Below, in pieces: positions 1 to 12,300 of a DNA stretch of 64,000 nt. This stretch comes from Oopsacas minuta (taxonomy: Eukaryota; Animalia; Porifera). Position 1 is the stretch's first letter. Every line of letters begins with the position of its first letter. The stretch is taken from assembly GCA_024704765.1 (NCBI GenBank), contig JAKMXF010000111.1:124001-188000 (forward strand), in the 5' to 3' direction. Made by a program: the position numbers and the translations under genes. The notes under the pieces were generated by a model. The model was not told where the DNA came from and searched no databases. It saw only the letters and a list, made by a program, of their open reading frames with translations.

Positions 1-323
1 GATCCGTGAACTACAAATGATCATTAGATATCCAAATTTGTGAATATTCAAATTTATACAAAATAACTAATAATTTCGTCATGGGTGTGAATTTTCGCCT
101 AAGATAGGCCAAATCTGCCAAAATCAGGGTCTTCGAGTCTCTTCAATCAAAACTTGTAAATTCAAACATAAAGTCAACTCCCGTTAGATCGAAGTACGAA
201 ATTGTACAAATATGGCCACAAACCGTCAAAGTAATTATCGCTGTCCCTTGAGCTTCGTTATAACGGGAGATGATTGTATACAGATTTGGGAAGTTTGGTA
301 CCAGATTATACTTTAAAACTCAC

Positions 324-3300
324 CAAAAATTTCACTCTCTTGACAGAATCTTGTAATCTACTCTCCAATTCTTTAATACCCGAATCTCTCTGCTTAGTAA
401 TATACTCATCTAACTGTATAAGCTCTTCTGTATCAGCTGGTGTCTTCATAGCCTTCTCAGCTAATTCTTTGTACTCTTCAAGCAAGCTTTTATTATCTCC
501 AATATTGTTCTTACACATTGTGAGTAGAAGTTTATTACATACATTATCAGATCTAAATACAGTGAAACTTCGTTAATACGAGTAATAACTATAGAAGAAC
601 TATTTATGGATCAGATTTTGTGTAAATATTAGTTGGTCTTATGAGTTACCGGAAATTAGTCTACAGTGTTTTTCTAGTGCAGCCTTATAGATATATGCAC
701 TATTGATATGAACGATGTGCGTCTTCCGTCTGTCCGCCCTTGCGAAATGTAGTTCGATTAACATGAAAATTGTTTGGCTACTTGTTTCTTATCCCCGCCA
801 GTCCCAAATTTTGTTTTATTGTATTTTTTGCAAGTTTAAGTATAATTCATTGAATCACAGATAGTGTATGGCACATTTTACTGCTTGTATAGTTGAAATA
901 TTCAATATATTTATGATCATAGATAATGTAATGAGATATTCGAATCATTAGAATAGTGAAAATATTTTCCGACGTTCCATTTCCCGAGGATATTCCAGAT
1001 AAGAAACAAGTAATTTAGTTTCCATGGCCCAAACTGGCCATTTTAAATGAAAATCTACAATTCTGTAAAACTCACCTTTTAGCTAATTTCCGTATCATAT
1101 CCTCTAAATGTAACTCAAATATACCAGATTGCACCACTCGAACATATTTATATTGTAAATCTTGATAATATTCTTTATATTCTTCAACTTTACCAATTAA
1201 CCTATCGAACGCAGTTTCTTTGGCTAAAAACTCTTCGATATTTGTATCACATTCTTGCGATATCAAAAACTGATAAAAATCGAATGTTTTTAAGTGATTT
1301 GTTGGTCCTTGCATTTGTGTATGTACGAAATTTCGCAGGGAATTCTTTGTATCTTTCAACAGATTCGAATCAATCGTGACTTTTAGTGTAGCTTTGTTTT
1401 TACGTGTGGTGTTCTCCTCGCTCGCGAAAAGTTTACTCTCTACTCGCGGAATTGCGGCTACTGACTCTAACATTAAGTCAATTACGTTTAGGATGACTAA
1501 TTCGAATCCATCCTGGTCAGGCTCAAATTTCACATTTGTATTGAATAGTACTGTTCTGATGATGAAACCTAAAATGATGAAGACTTGTTTATTAATGCGA
1601 TATGATGGTTAAGTGCTTGTTTCTGCAAAAATGTGACAAAACAAGCTTGAAATGCGATTTTCGCATTCATTGTATCAGGGACAATCCCAGGATCTGACAG
1701 ACCCGGGACTGGGACTGGGACTGGGACAGGATTTTCAAAGTTTCCCCTGGGATAAGACGTGAAATCCAAAGTAGATGGAAGGTAAGTAAAAACACCATTT
1801 CTCAAACAACAAACAAACAATTATCAAGTAAGTAACAACAAGTTTACCAGGAAAATGTAGCAAAGAATAGCTATTCTGATCAGGACAGAACATCTTATGA
1901 TAATCACTAATACTATTCAATGCTAGCTCTCTCAATTGTGACGTCATAATAGCACCAACTGCATTGAAGAATCCTTCAAGATTGTCTACAGGTACTTGTT
2001 TCTTCTTGTTAGCGAGGTAGAATATGTTTTGTATTTCAGGAAGCCATCTATTGGAAATTAGCATAACAGCAGAGAAGACACTATGCTAGAGTCGAAACCG
2101 GTTCTCTTACAATTTCTTTGCAGGACAATGTGAATGTGGTAAGAAAAAACGCAAATCACATTCTTTCCAATTTTAGCTTTAAAATATTGTAAGAAATCGG
2201 TTTCGGCTGTAGTACTTTGGTAATTACAAAATATAACGTCATGATAAGTATACATACCATAGTGTAATCTCCACAAACGGGGAACTTCTGGAAACCGACT
2301 GAAAAAATAAATCGAGGGAACTCCTAGCCTCATACAAATGAACCTCCAAAAACGGATATAATCAGGACCCAAAATAGTTATTCAATTGGTATTACTCCGT
2401 CTAATGTAAACCAATTTGACCCGCCCGTTTGTGTTCGTATTAACAACGTTACACTGTATATTAGTGTATTTGGCGTAAACTTACTGTTTCAAAAGTACCT
2501 CCTTTGATTTCTCCAAACATTTATAAATCATAGCTTGAAACCCTTTCAATTCATAAGCTTCTTTCTGTTCACATAGATCTCTAGGATCCACCATACGTAG
2601 ATTACTGAAATTCTGATACCAGAGGTTCAGTACAGCCGCTAGCGTGGGATTAGTAAGATGGAGATCTCGTTGGATCTGTATACCGTTTGAAGTGAATGCT
2701 TTCTCCCAGGGTTTTGGCACGATAGCAAGTTCCTGTGAAAAATAAAATACAGTAACTGAACTTTCATATAAGGAAATTATAGCGATATATGAAAACCAAA
2801 TGAAATTTATGGTACTCTGACAGGTTGGGACTATAATTGTACAATTTAAAAGTTCGATGTAATGGGAGTTGACTGTAACTGAAATTCTATACAAAGAAAC
2901 TATCGTAATTTTACTGAAAAATTTTCGAGAATTAAGTAGTATAGATTCAACAATTTTGTGACGTCATACCTTTCTATGACTTGGAATGTTAACTACTTTA
3001 GCCTGTATATTAGCTCTCGGGTCTCTCAATACAAAATCTACAATAGACTTCTTAACACTGAGAAGATAGTTATCTCGCATTTCATCAGATAGATTGTTAA
3101 TCAGCTGATCTTCTCCTAGCTTCAGTGTGGGAATTATCCTATAATGAATTACAAATAATAATGACGTTTTGGCTTGGCCGTTACCTACAAATCCCTATTG
3201 AGCATTTCCCCATCAAATACTTTACCTATTGAGTGTATTGGTAAGAGAGGATTCTTCTAACGGTGCTACATGCTCTGTATCAATACCATGATGTATATAG

Positions 3301-3899
3301 TAATAATATCTGAGTAGATCTTTCTCTGCTGATGTAGGAGATTGACTATGTCTGTCTGAGAGACCTTCTGCACCTGTTTGGATGCTGTCTGGATCAGGCA
3401 CATCCTATGAGAAAATATCAATAAAATAAAACTGGTGGCAATTAGCTTTACTAAATATAAATCGATAAAATTCACACTGACTATGGGAAATGGCGTCAGA
3501 ACTGTGATATCAAATTTACGAGTTGATTATGTAAATAATTCACAAAATAACCTCTTGGCCGTTTGAGAGTATCATCTCCACCAAAGCTCTTCTAAACTTT
3601 TCTCTCTCCTCAACAGATTTACTCAATTTCTTTACTGAAGCATGTGAAGAAGACTCCCAAGTTTTAGTACGAGCATGTCTCTTCCCATTTCCGCTTTTCT
3701 TCTCTGCACTAGATACCCGACCGTTCGCGGTGATTCCTGAGAGAGCCTGCGTGGAGGGTCGCACAGGGCTGAGCTCTTTGAAGGGAGGTGGAGCTTGTAA
3801 CCATGAGGGCTTAGCGCGTGTCTCTTGTAGCGTTGGGAGGAATTTCACCATTGCCTCCGGACGTTTGTTACGCATTCGCGCGTATGAATTAGTCTCCAT
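324..3899 (-). CDS. DNAH7: Axonemal inner-arm dynein heavy chain, DNAH7-like; N-terminal exons only, gene runs off the left edge
   Basis: Hand-spliced exons 3899-3552, 3404-3226, 3138-2970, 2732-2485, 2047-1848, 1568-1076, 552-324 (all GT-AG) join in frame. They give EKDLLRYYYYIHHGIDTEHVAPLEES and DEMRDNYLLSVKKSIVDFVLRDPR, which match the DNAH7 N-terminus as I recall it. Confidence 0.9.
2260..2458. mobile_element. MITE family B (CAGTGTAACCTCCACAAACGGG); copies near 12988-13092, 21249-21400, 23040-23120, 26740-26845, 27710-27870
   Basis: Shared cores aacctccacaaacgggg, catacaaatgaacctcc and tagcattt(t)tcggcgtc, with ends tacagtgtaa / ttacactgta. Most copies are intronic. Confidence 0.65.
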
Positions 3900-3960
3900 A
3901 CAACCGGATAAATATCCAGATGCTAGAAAGTGAATATTCGGTAAACAAATGGGTAAGAAA

Positions 3961-4205
3961 TACAATGGGTGCCGGTTATAAGACCCCCGTGGGAGTAGCA
4001 ATGTGTGTTCTTATAACCGGCATAAAAATACAGGAATATAAGAGAGCCGTTTTACAGAGGCTGGTGCTTATGACGGTTATAGACATACCAGATATAAGCA
4101 CCTGCCTCTGGAAAACAGTTCTCTTATATTCCTGTATTTTTATACCGGTTATAAGAACATATACTGCTACTCCCAAGGGTGTTCTTATAACCGACATCCA
4201 CTGTA
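3961..4205. mobile_element. Palindromic MITE with TA termini (Tc1/mariner-pogo-like); related fragments near 24720-24800 and 29327-29437
   Basis: Left arm tacaatgggtgccggttataaga is the near reverse complement of right arm tcttataaccgacatccactgta, and the whole element folds back. It explains the spurious ORFs 3920-4423 and 3976-4197. Confidence 0.75.
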
Positions 4206-5026
4206 TCTCAAAATTAAATCCGTTTCGTCAGCTTTCAGCCACAGAAATCGAACGAAAAACAATCGACCAAATATTTCACAGAAAATTACTCAAACGTGAA
4301 GACAGGCAAATTCCACAAGTTACAAATGAAAGGATGACGATCACACGAGGTTATATCGATATAATTCTCTATTCAAATGCTGTAGAATACTGTAGAATGA
4401 ATAGTTTTTCAAGTTATAAATGAAAGAGATACTATTCATAAGAATGAATCAAATACAATTGAGTGTGTATCCCGTGATTATTCTTATTCAAAAATATGAT
4501 ATGGTGTCGTAGACACTTCAGGCACATATAGAATAGGCATTTGGAATTAATGTATAAATCATGAGTGAAATAGAAGATGGAAGAAATTACATCCTAAAAT
4601 AGAGAGATTGTTATGAATAATAATTTTATTGCACATTTATAATTTATGTGTCTCAAAATACATGGGTGGAGTATTTGTTGATTGGTTCACTATTTCGATG
4701 ATTAGAAGCGGTTAGAGCAATGGCCCCAATATTTTTCACCCGTGGCCCCCCTCCAAGTCCACAATACAATTCTGAGATCCCGTGGACCCCCTACTGTCGT
4801 TTGTGGACCACCAAGGGATCCATGGGCCAGAGATTAGGAACCGCAGTGCAGGGTTGTAAGAATAGTTGCATAATTCAAACGAAAATTTACTAGCAAAGTT
4901 CCCTGAAAATTCTTAAACTGTAGTAATGTCAATTTTTGGCAAATTTAGCATTTACAATCCAACCAATTTTCCTGCTACAAAATTTACAATAGTGCTTTCT
5001 TTATAGAATTCGAGAATTATCCAATC

Positions 5027-8000
5027 ATGCTACTAATCGCGCTACTCTGCCTTTGCCTGGCAGCCGTTACAGCAAACCCTGACTGGACTACGTCTCAGTA
5101 TTATGCCAAGGGGGTCATAACGCTGCCATACGGGGATATCGTCGAACCATTTGAAGCTTGGATTGACCCCAGTGGCACGAAAAGTCGCAGTGCCCATGCC
5201 CGCGGCAGCTTGAGAAGTCGCATTGACTACTATGGAGGTATGAATTCAATTCTCTATAATAATGGACTTGGATTCAAAATGGTACCAACTCCAGATCATG
5301 ACGTAAGTTTCCCGCTTATTTAGATGAATTCTTTTAGCCCAAATCGACAACAAATGTTGATAATTGTTCAAATAATTTTTGAAAATAATTCATAAATCAT
5401 GACAGCCTGTTACATACAATGTATCTGTTGAAAGTAAGTTATTTTCCATGTCATATGTGAATATTCTATTTTCTAAAACTCTTGTCCAATTTTTATCAAG
5501 TAATAAAGGATAATTTGGAGAATAATCAAAATATATATGAACAAGCACCATATTTCCTATCCAAATTATATCCCACTCTCCCACTATGCAAAAACAGTTA
5601 CGCGTTGTGCATTGCCGATGTTCGCTACATGCCACGAAATTCCATCATCTTCATTCTTCAATAATTATATTTACCAACTTTACAGGGAAAATTTCAAATG
5701 GTCTGCTACAATGTTACTGGTGGCATCGATTTCCAATCAGTTCTACCTGATATCAACGACTACAAACTTATTAATAACAAAGTTCCTTGTAGTCAAGATT
5801 CAAATTTAACTTGCAATCTATACAGCTTTAAGGAAACGATTGGGAAGAAAGTGAATGAATACTATATGTATATTTATGGTAATTCAACGCCAAAAAATTT
5901 CTATTTCCTTGGATTTGACAGTTTATTTGGTTCACATTATGATAAATATATCATTAGATATGATGAATTCAAATTAACAACTATTCCTGATGCTATTTTC
6001 AATGAATATATGAATTTTGAGAAATGCATCGGTTTTCCTGGACCTGGGGCAACTCGGACGTTTTTGGATCCTATGAGTGAGTTCATAGGTGGTGAAAATT
6101 CTGAAGAACGAGAAAAGGATTCCAACTCCGAATTTGAGGACTTTAAACAGGTGATTTATTAATTTTTCGCTCTAGAAACATACAAATATACCTTATTTCC
6201 CTGAATATGCGTTCTAAAGATTCGTGCAAGCGAATCCTTGCGCATCAGGGAAAATTGCAAATATTCATGCACAGTGGAACCTCGTAAATACGTACACAGA
6301 AAATACGAATTTCCGGATAAGACGAACAAATATTTTCACATAACTAGGGTGTAACTAGCATTGAGGCAGAGAAGGCAGTTGCCTCATCTGCCTATTGAAA
6401 TCGCGATTATATTGAGGCAAATATTCATCCTTGCCTCCTTGCTATGGGATCTCTCTGATATTACTCAAGTTATTACGAACTCCTTATAAGGCGAACACAT
6501 TTTGACCTTCTGTCGCGTTGTTGTTCGTATGTACGAGGTTTCACTGTATTTATATATACAATTGTAGAAATATTCCAAAACATACGACACTTACCATGAT
6601 CATGAAAGTAGAAAATCAACTTTCAGGCAAGCTCGACGCTTCATAAACTCTAAAAACCGCGAAAATCTTGGCTACACATTAGCCATTAATCATCTAGCTG
6701 ACCACACAGAAGCAGAATTATATGCTCGAAACGGTCACCGATATTCTGGAAAAGGCGAGAGCCATCGTTTAATGGATTACGAAGTCCCATTATCAGATAT
6801 TGACATTCCCGATACAATGAATTGGACAGCAAAGGGTGCAGTTAACCCACCCAAAGATCAAGGTATTTGTGGCTCGTGTTGGAGTTTTGGTACAACTGGA
6901 GCGTTAGAAGGAGGTTATTTCGTATTGAATGGTTAGTTTATATGTAAGGAAATGATAATTTTCCAGAGGGTCTGAATGAATTGAATCCTGATTCAGTATA
7001 ACCAGATCATCCCCCAAATCCAGAATTTCTGAGATCCGGGTAATCTCGCCGGAGAGTGTTCGGATCTAGATACTTCATATCATATACAAATTGGATGGTG
7101 GATCCAATTTGTATATGTTATGAAACATCTAAAAGATCGAGTGGCATTTTAGTAGTCAAATTTAAATGTTTAGATGTGTGTACACGGTTATCAGTGGCGG
7201 CGTATTACATCACATGTGGGGTACAGATATTAAACTAGGACATACTTACATTAATGAGTGCACAGGTCCCACCCTCGCAGCGCCTCTGGTGGTTATTAAG
7301 AAACGTGTTAGGCATGAATTCCAACACTACTATAAGGTAATGAGCTGAAAATGGTCAAATTAATTCCGAACAGTGCCCGGATATTGGAGGTCAGGATCAC
7401 GGAGTTCGACTGTATAGAGTATATCCATTTCTTATCCCATCTAGACCCTCGTGCAAAATGTAGCTTCTAGTGTTTTTGCAATTTTATTGACATGTGAAAA
7501 GGTCATATGAACTATTATTAATATACATGCACTTTTATAGATAAACTATTGGATTTGAGTGAACAATCTTTAATGGATTGTTCATGGGACCAGGGTAATA
7601 ATGGATGTGACGGTGGTGAAACAGAACGTGTAGGGGAATGGTTATTAGAAAAAGATAAAAACCATTGCGTGGTAACACGAAAAGAGTATGCTTCTGCAGC
7701 AAACCAGAGCGATGTGATGCGAGGTTATCTTGGGGCTGATGGTGTATGTCATTGGGGAAAGACTGATAAAGAACTCTGCGTGAGAATAAAAGACTATACA
7801 GTGTCCCCTAAGGGAAATGTGGGTGCATTGAGACAGTTTTCTGCCATGAAAGGACCGATTCAGGTCGCGATTGATGCAAGCCGTCCTACATTCAGTTTCT
7901 ACTCTTCTGGAGTGTACTATGACATGAAATGTAAGAATGGGGTGAATGACTTAGATCATTCAGTCCTATTAGTTGGTTATGGTACTGAAAATGGGCAACA

Positions 8001-8127
8001 ATATTGGTTGGTCAAAAATTCATGGTCCACCTATTGGGGAGACAATGGATATATAAAAATCTCCACTAAAGATAATAATTGTGGGGTCGCCACAGATGCT
8101 GTTTTCTTCACTATAGTTAACGAGTGA
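5027..8127 (+). CDS. Papain-family (C1A) cysteine protease with N-terminal extension; 26/29-kDa proteinase / counting-factor-associated protein D-like cathepsin
   Basis: Exons 5027-5302, 5686-6150, 6568-6931, 7541-8127 join in frame. Signal peptide MLLIALLCLCLAAVTA, I29-type prodomain (AINHLAD), catalytic QGICGSCWSF, DHSVLLVGYG and KNSW motifs. Confidence 0.9.
6272..6546. mobile_element. Tigger/pogo-like MITE in cathepsin intron 2, apparently carrying an internal insertion
   Basis: Terminal inverted repeats cagtggaacctcgtaaatacg ... cgtatgtacgaggtttcactg, followed by TA. Confidence 0.65.
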
Positions 8128-8757
8128 AAACAGGTTATTTTTTGTTGATTATTATATTGTAGTGTATTTGTAGGCGAGTTTGAACTCTTGATTAGGCTTT
8201 AGTTGTGTTTAATGTATGCATACTTCTTGACTACTATTTTTCTCTCTATTATTGAAAACAAGAAAATTATTAAACATGTACAATATACCCGCTTAATAGG
8301 GTAAATTGACTAGATTAACTGGTAACCTTATTAAGCGGGATATACCATATGTAGGCCTTCTGAGAAGGTGAGCGGTGTAGAAGGGTCATTTGGCCTGGGC
8401 CTCACACTCCAAGGACTCCGAATATCTATATTTCAATGATGAATAATCATCAAAATATATATTAAAAATTTCCAAATTTTCCAGAGAAAAAACTTAACCT
8501 ATTCCATTGCTAAAATACGAAACATCACAACTGAAAACCATCATTCAATACTAGAAAAGCTTTACGTAAAGTCTCTATGCTGTCTTCTACACTCGGCACT
8601 CTATCAAGAAATCCTTTTTCCATAGGAATTATCCTAGTACCCTTAGCTTCGATAAAACAGGAGTTAACGCAATAAGTAATCATAATTTGCTCACAAACTC
8701 GAACACAATGCACGGAATAAAATATAAACAAGAACACAACAACAACATATATACTGA

Positions 8758-9969
8758 TTATAAATCAGGTGGGGGAAAGATTTTGACGTCCCAAAATCTT
8801 TCCGGTGTTGTTGGTGGTATAACGTGATATCTGTGTCGACATGTATCTTTCATATGTTCAAAAGCATCTCCATACCATTTACTACACTCTTCACAGGGTT
8901 TTGTGTCCATTTTTGCTCGATCTTCCTTCTTACGTGGGTTCAAAGTTGATGTTTTCTCCAAGATAGTTTGTACTTTATTTGGCGGGGAAATTGTGTGTTT
9001 TTCAGGGATAGTATCCACATGGATCATAGTAACTACACAAATACAAAACATGATAACATCTATAGCTGGCTATACTACCTCTGGGATAATCAAAAATCCA
9101 TTTGAGTTAGCAGAATAAGCAGATATCACCGAGAGCACATTCTAGCTTCATTTATATCGAACGGCCATATAATAACGAAATGCACAAAAACAAACACTGT
9201 TAAAATAAATACCTTCAAATTCACATACAATTTGGCAATGAAAAGGCCCTTATAATTTTTATTAGATTTATCGAGTGCCTTTAATAAATCAACTAAAAAT
9301 ACAATCGAGGAAATTTGTTTAGTAAGAAGATTTTTCACTAATGCATTACCATTTTCGCTGAAAAGTTCAGCAAATATGATTGCATAACTTCCATGTAATA
9401 TTTGTCAGGATTGAATAATAGTCGAGATTTGGTTGCACTTTCATAAAACAGACAGTAACAAAAATATGCAATAAATTTGACTAAAGGAGTACTGGATACT
9501 GCTTTTTAAATATATGAACGAATCGTTGTATGCTATTTTCGATTACAATCCTTGTCTATGAAAGAGAATAATTACCATCTTCTTGTGTTGATATTGAATC
9601 ATCTAATTCCAGATTCTTGTTTGAGTCTTCGTTAATAATTATGACGTCATTTGTCTGAGATACCTTTTTTTTTATAGTTTTCTTAGATTTGTTTGAATTC
9701 AGATTATCAGAATTTTTGGATTCCAATTTGTGTTTTAACTTGACTACGACTAATTTGAGTTTCTGTTTATGAGTTTTTATGATCACATTTTCTTGTGCTA
9801 ATTCTTCAATTTTATTTGTTAATTCAAAGATAGTTTGCTTTGAATCTGCGAGTTGTTTCTTCAAATTTTCGTTTTCTAAATTCAAAGAATCTGTATTATT
9901 CTCTATTAGATCAGTTTTGTTCACTTCTCTATGTAGATCTTCGACAAGTTGGATTATTCTATGATTCAT
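8758..9969 (-). CDS. RBBP8: CtIP/RBBP8/Sae2-like DNA end-resection protein, two exons (9969-9576, 9032-8758), about 220 aa
   Basis: N-terminal coiled coil plus C-terminal RKKEDRAKMDTKPCEECSKWY...CRHRYHVIPPTTPERFWDV, which carries the CxxC, RHR and PxTP hallmarks of the CtIP/Sae2 C-terminal domain. Phase-1 GT-AG junction is in frame. Confidence 0.85.
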
Positions 9970-10540
9970 AATATATCCTATATGCTATTTAGAAACACAA
10001 AAATTTACTTAAAACTTGTGGGAAGTTTATATTTCTGGTTACATCATTTTCCCTTTCAATCTACGCGGTTTTGGAAGTTGTTTTACTAACTATTTGTGCT
10101 GACAATATGGTCACTTCCATTTACAATCAACGTGAATATTTAGAATATTGATTACTCTAAATGAAGGCAATTTGATGTTAAATGAATTAATATTTTAGAA
10201 AATATCTCGAAAATAATTATTTTCATGAGTAAAACTCTAAATAATATATTTTCAAAATTTGTGTAATAAATGCCTATAAAGTAATATGCTTGATTCTCAT
10301 CTCCGCCCTTCCCAAAATGTAGTCCTTTTATTTGTATTTTTCCCAAAAATACAAATAAAATCTGTATTTATTTGGACAAGTAAATTATTTTACATGACCA
10401 AATATGGAAATATTTCTAATATAAGAGCGTATATTTACAAATTTTAATTAAAATCATTCAATCCTCAATGGAATAATCAATATCTGGGTTTATACATGAT
10501 AAAGGTTAATAACATTAATTAACTGAACAGTTTATGTTTC

Positions 10541-11851
10541 CTAAAACCGATATTTGAGATAATCTTCATAATGTCCTCCTTCCACTGTAGTATATACAGA
10601 AGTTATCTTTTTGGGGTGTTTGGGCGAGTTATAGCAGGAAGTATTTGATATAAAAGGCATAACTTTCGACAAATAGGACAAACTATCGATCTTTGATAAA
10701 TCTTTCTGCGAGAGATTATTAGCGTAATTGTAAGCGTTCATTTTGTAGTTATTCTGTGTAGTAACTCATACAACCTTAGTATTTATATACTTTCAATAGT
10801 GATTATACAAGGTGAGTTATAGCCTAGTGTAAGGTCATTTAAATAAGCACAAGTAAGTGTGCAAGTATTATACATACAGAAATTGACTACGACTTAGAAT
10901 GGTTAAAAGTGTCCTCTAGGTTAATTAAGGTCAAAATATTACACAGAACTGGGATATGTTACACAATTTTTGATACATGATATGATGCTTAATACGCCCA
11001 ATAATAAATAAAAAGATGAATAGTAATATATTTTAACTTCCTGTGATTACTTATTTACACGCCAAAAATTCTGTAAACAATTCCCATATCGTTGTGTATT
11101 TGATTGGTATATTATTCAAATCAAATCAAATCCAAATAATAGAGAGAGAATGAAATGAGCCACGCAAATAAAATTCTCATTAGAAATATACTTTTGAACT
11201 TTTGGGGATAACATTTCTCAAATATTCTTTCAAAACTGGAACAACCTTTTGGAAGTTGTAAAATGGGCCATTCTAGGTCTAATTTTAAAGAAACATAATA
11301 CCCAATACGTAATTATAATAATAGAACAGAGCTAATTTAGAATATTACGAATAATATGCATGCGAGTTTTGTAGGCGTGATTATGAAATGACACAATCAT
11401 CAGGTGGTTTGAACTTTCAACTGAATATTCATTTTCAAAATTTTTGGTGAATTTTTTGGAAATATTTCATAATTGTTTATCGCGGACTAATTAAAAGAAC
11501 TGGGTTCATTATTATTGTAATCAATCAAATTACAAATATAGCGTGGTAGAGGTAGTAATATTAGTTAAAATATAATTAAACCTAACATTAAGCTAAACAA
11601 ATGATTCATTAGTTCATTTAGATTCAATTTGCTGGATAATATCTGTCTTATAATGTTTGGAATACTCCATTTGAATATTATTGACGGGTTTGAAGCAGAG
11701 CCATCAGCCTATTTTAAACAATTTTCAGGCCTTGGGGGTATTTATTAGATGCCTTACGGATCATAAAGTAGGGCTTCAAAAGCTGTAAATTTGGGTACAT
11801 TTATTGAATTTGAATTCAGAAAAGTTCCAATGCTTCTCATAACCTATCAAA
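10541..11851 (-). CDS. Possible unassigned multi-exon gene (fragments only)
   Basis: Short open segments bounded by GT..AG introns of about 50 nt (e.g. VMRSIGTFLNSNSINVPKFTAFEALLYDP ending at a gtaagg donor) and ORF 10541-10741. I could not assemble a full frame or assign a family. Confidence 0.25.
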
Positions 11852-11889
11852 ATCGAATAACTTCACTGATTAAACACTAAACCCATACA

Positions 11890-12023
11890 CAGTCAACTAT
11901 CGTTACATCGAAGCTCAAGGAACAGCGATAATTACTTTGATATCACCGATGAATTTATATTACTTTGACTGTTTGGGACCATATTTGTACAATTCCAGAC
12001 TTCGATATAACTGGAGTAGACTG
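11890..12023. mobile_element. MITE family A (CAGTCAACT...AGTTGACTG, TA-flanked); other copies 19461-19643, partial 173-279, 24120-24180, 27465-27530
   Basis: Shared internal sequence gaagctcaaggga..gataattact and ccatatttgtaca, with terminal inverted repeats. Confidence 0.7.
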
Positions 12024-12300
12024 TAATGCAAAGAAATTCCCAAATATTTCTAATCAAAAGCTACTATAACATGTATCTTAAAGCATTTACAAACAAAACA
12101 CTGTTACCAAAAGTCTTCAACACACACATAAGTACTTACAAGTAACGTATCAATCAATGTACATTAATCAATAATATAGAGAGAGAGAGTAGCGTTAGTA
12201 GGGAAGTAGATAATATCCTAATGCTTGTGCAAAAATATCTGTAGTTTTAGAATGTAATTTAAAAGTGATTGCAGTTTTGACATATTTTGTCTTCGAATAA

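Noticed and set aside
1703-1730. (GGGACT)n microsatellite giving PVPVPVP in an antisense ORF
   Set aside because: Short intronic simple repeat with no coding support.
3920-4423. 167-aa ORF with internally repeated peptide
   Set aside because: It lies on a palindromic MITE; the apparent peptide symmetry comes from the inverted repeat.
5027-8127. Cathepsin as a silicatein (silica-forming enzyme)
   Set aside because: Silicateins replace the catalytic Cys with Ser. This protein keeps QGICGSCWSF and has the long N-terminal extension of 26/29-kDa proteinases.
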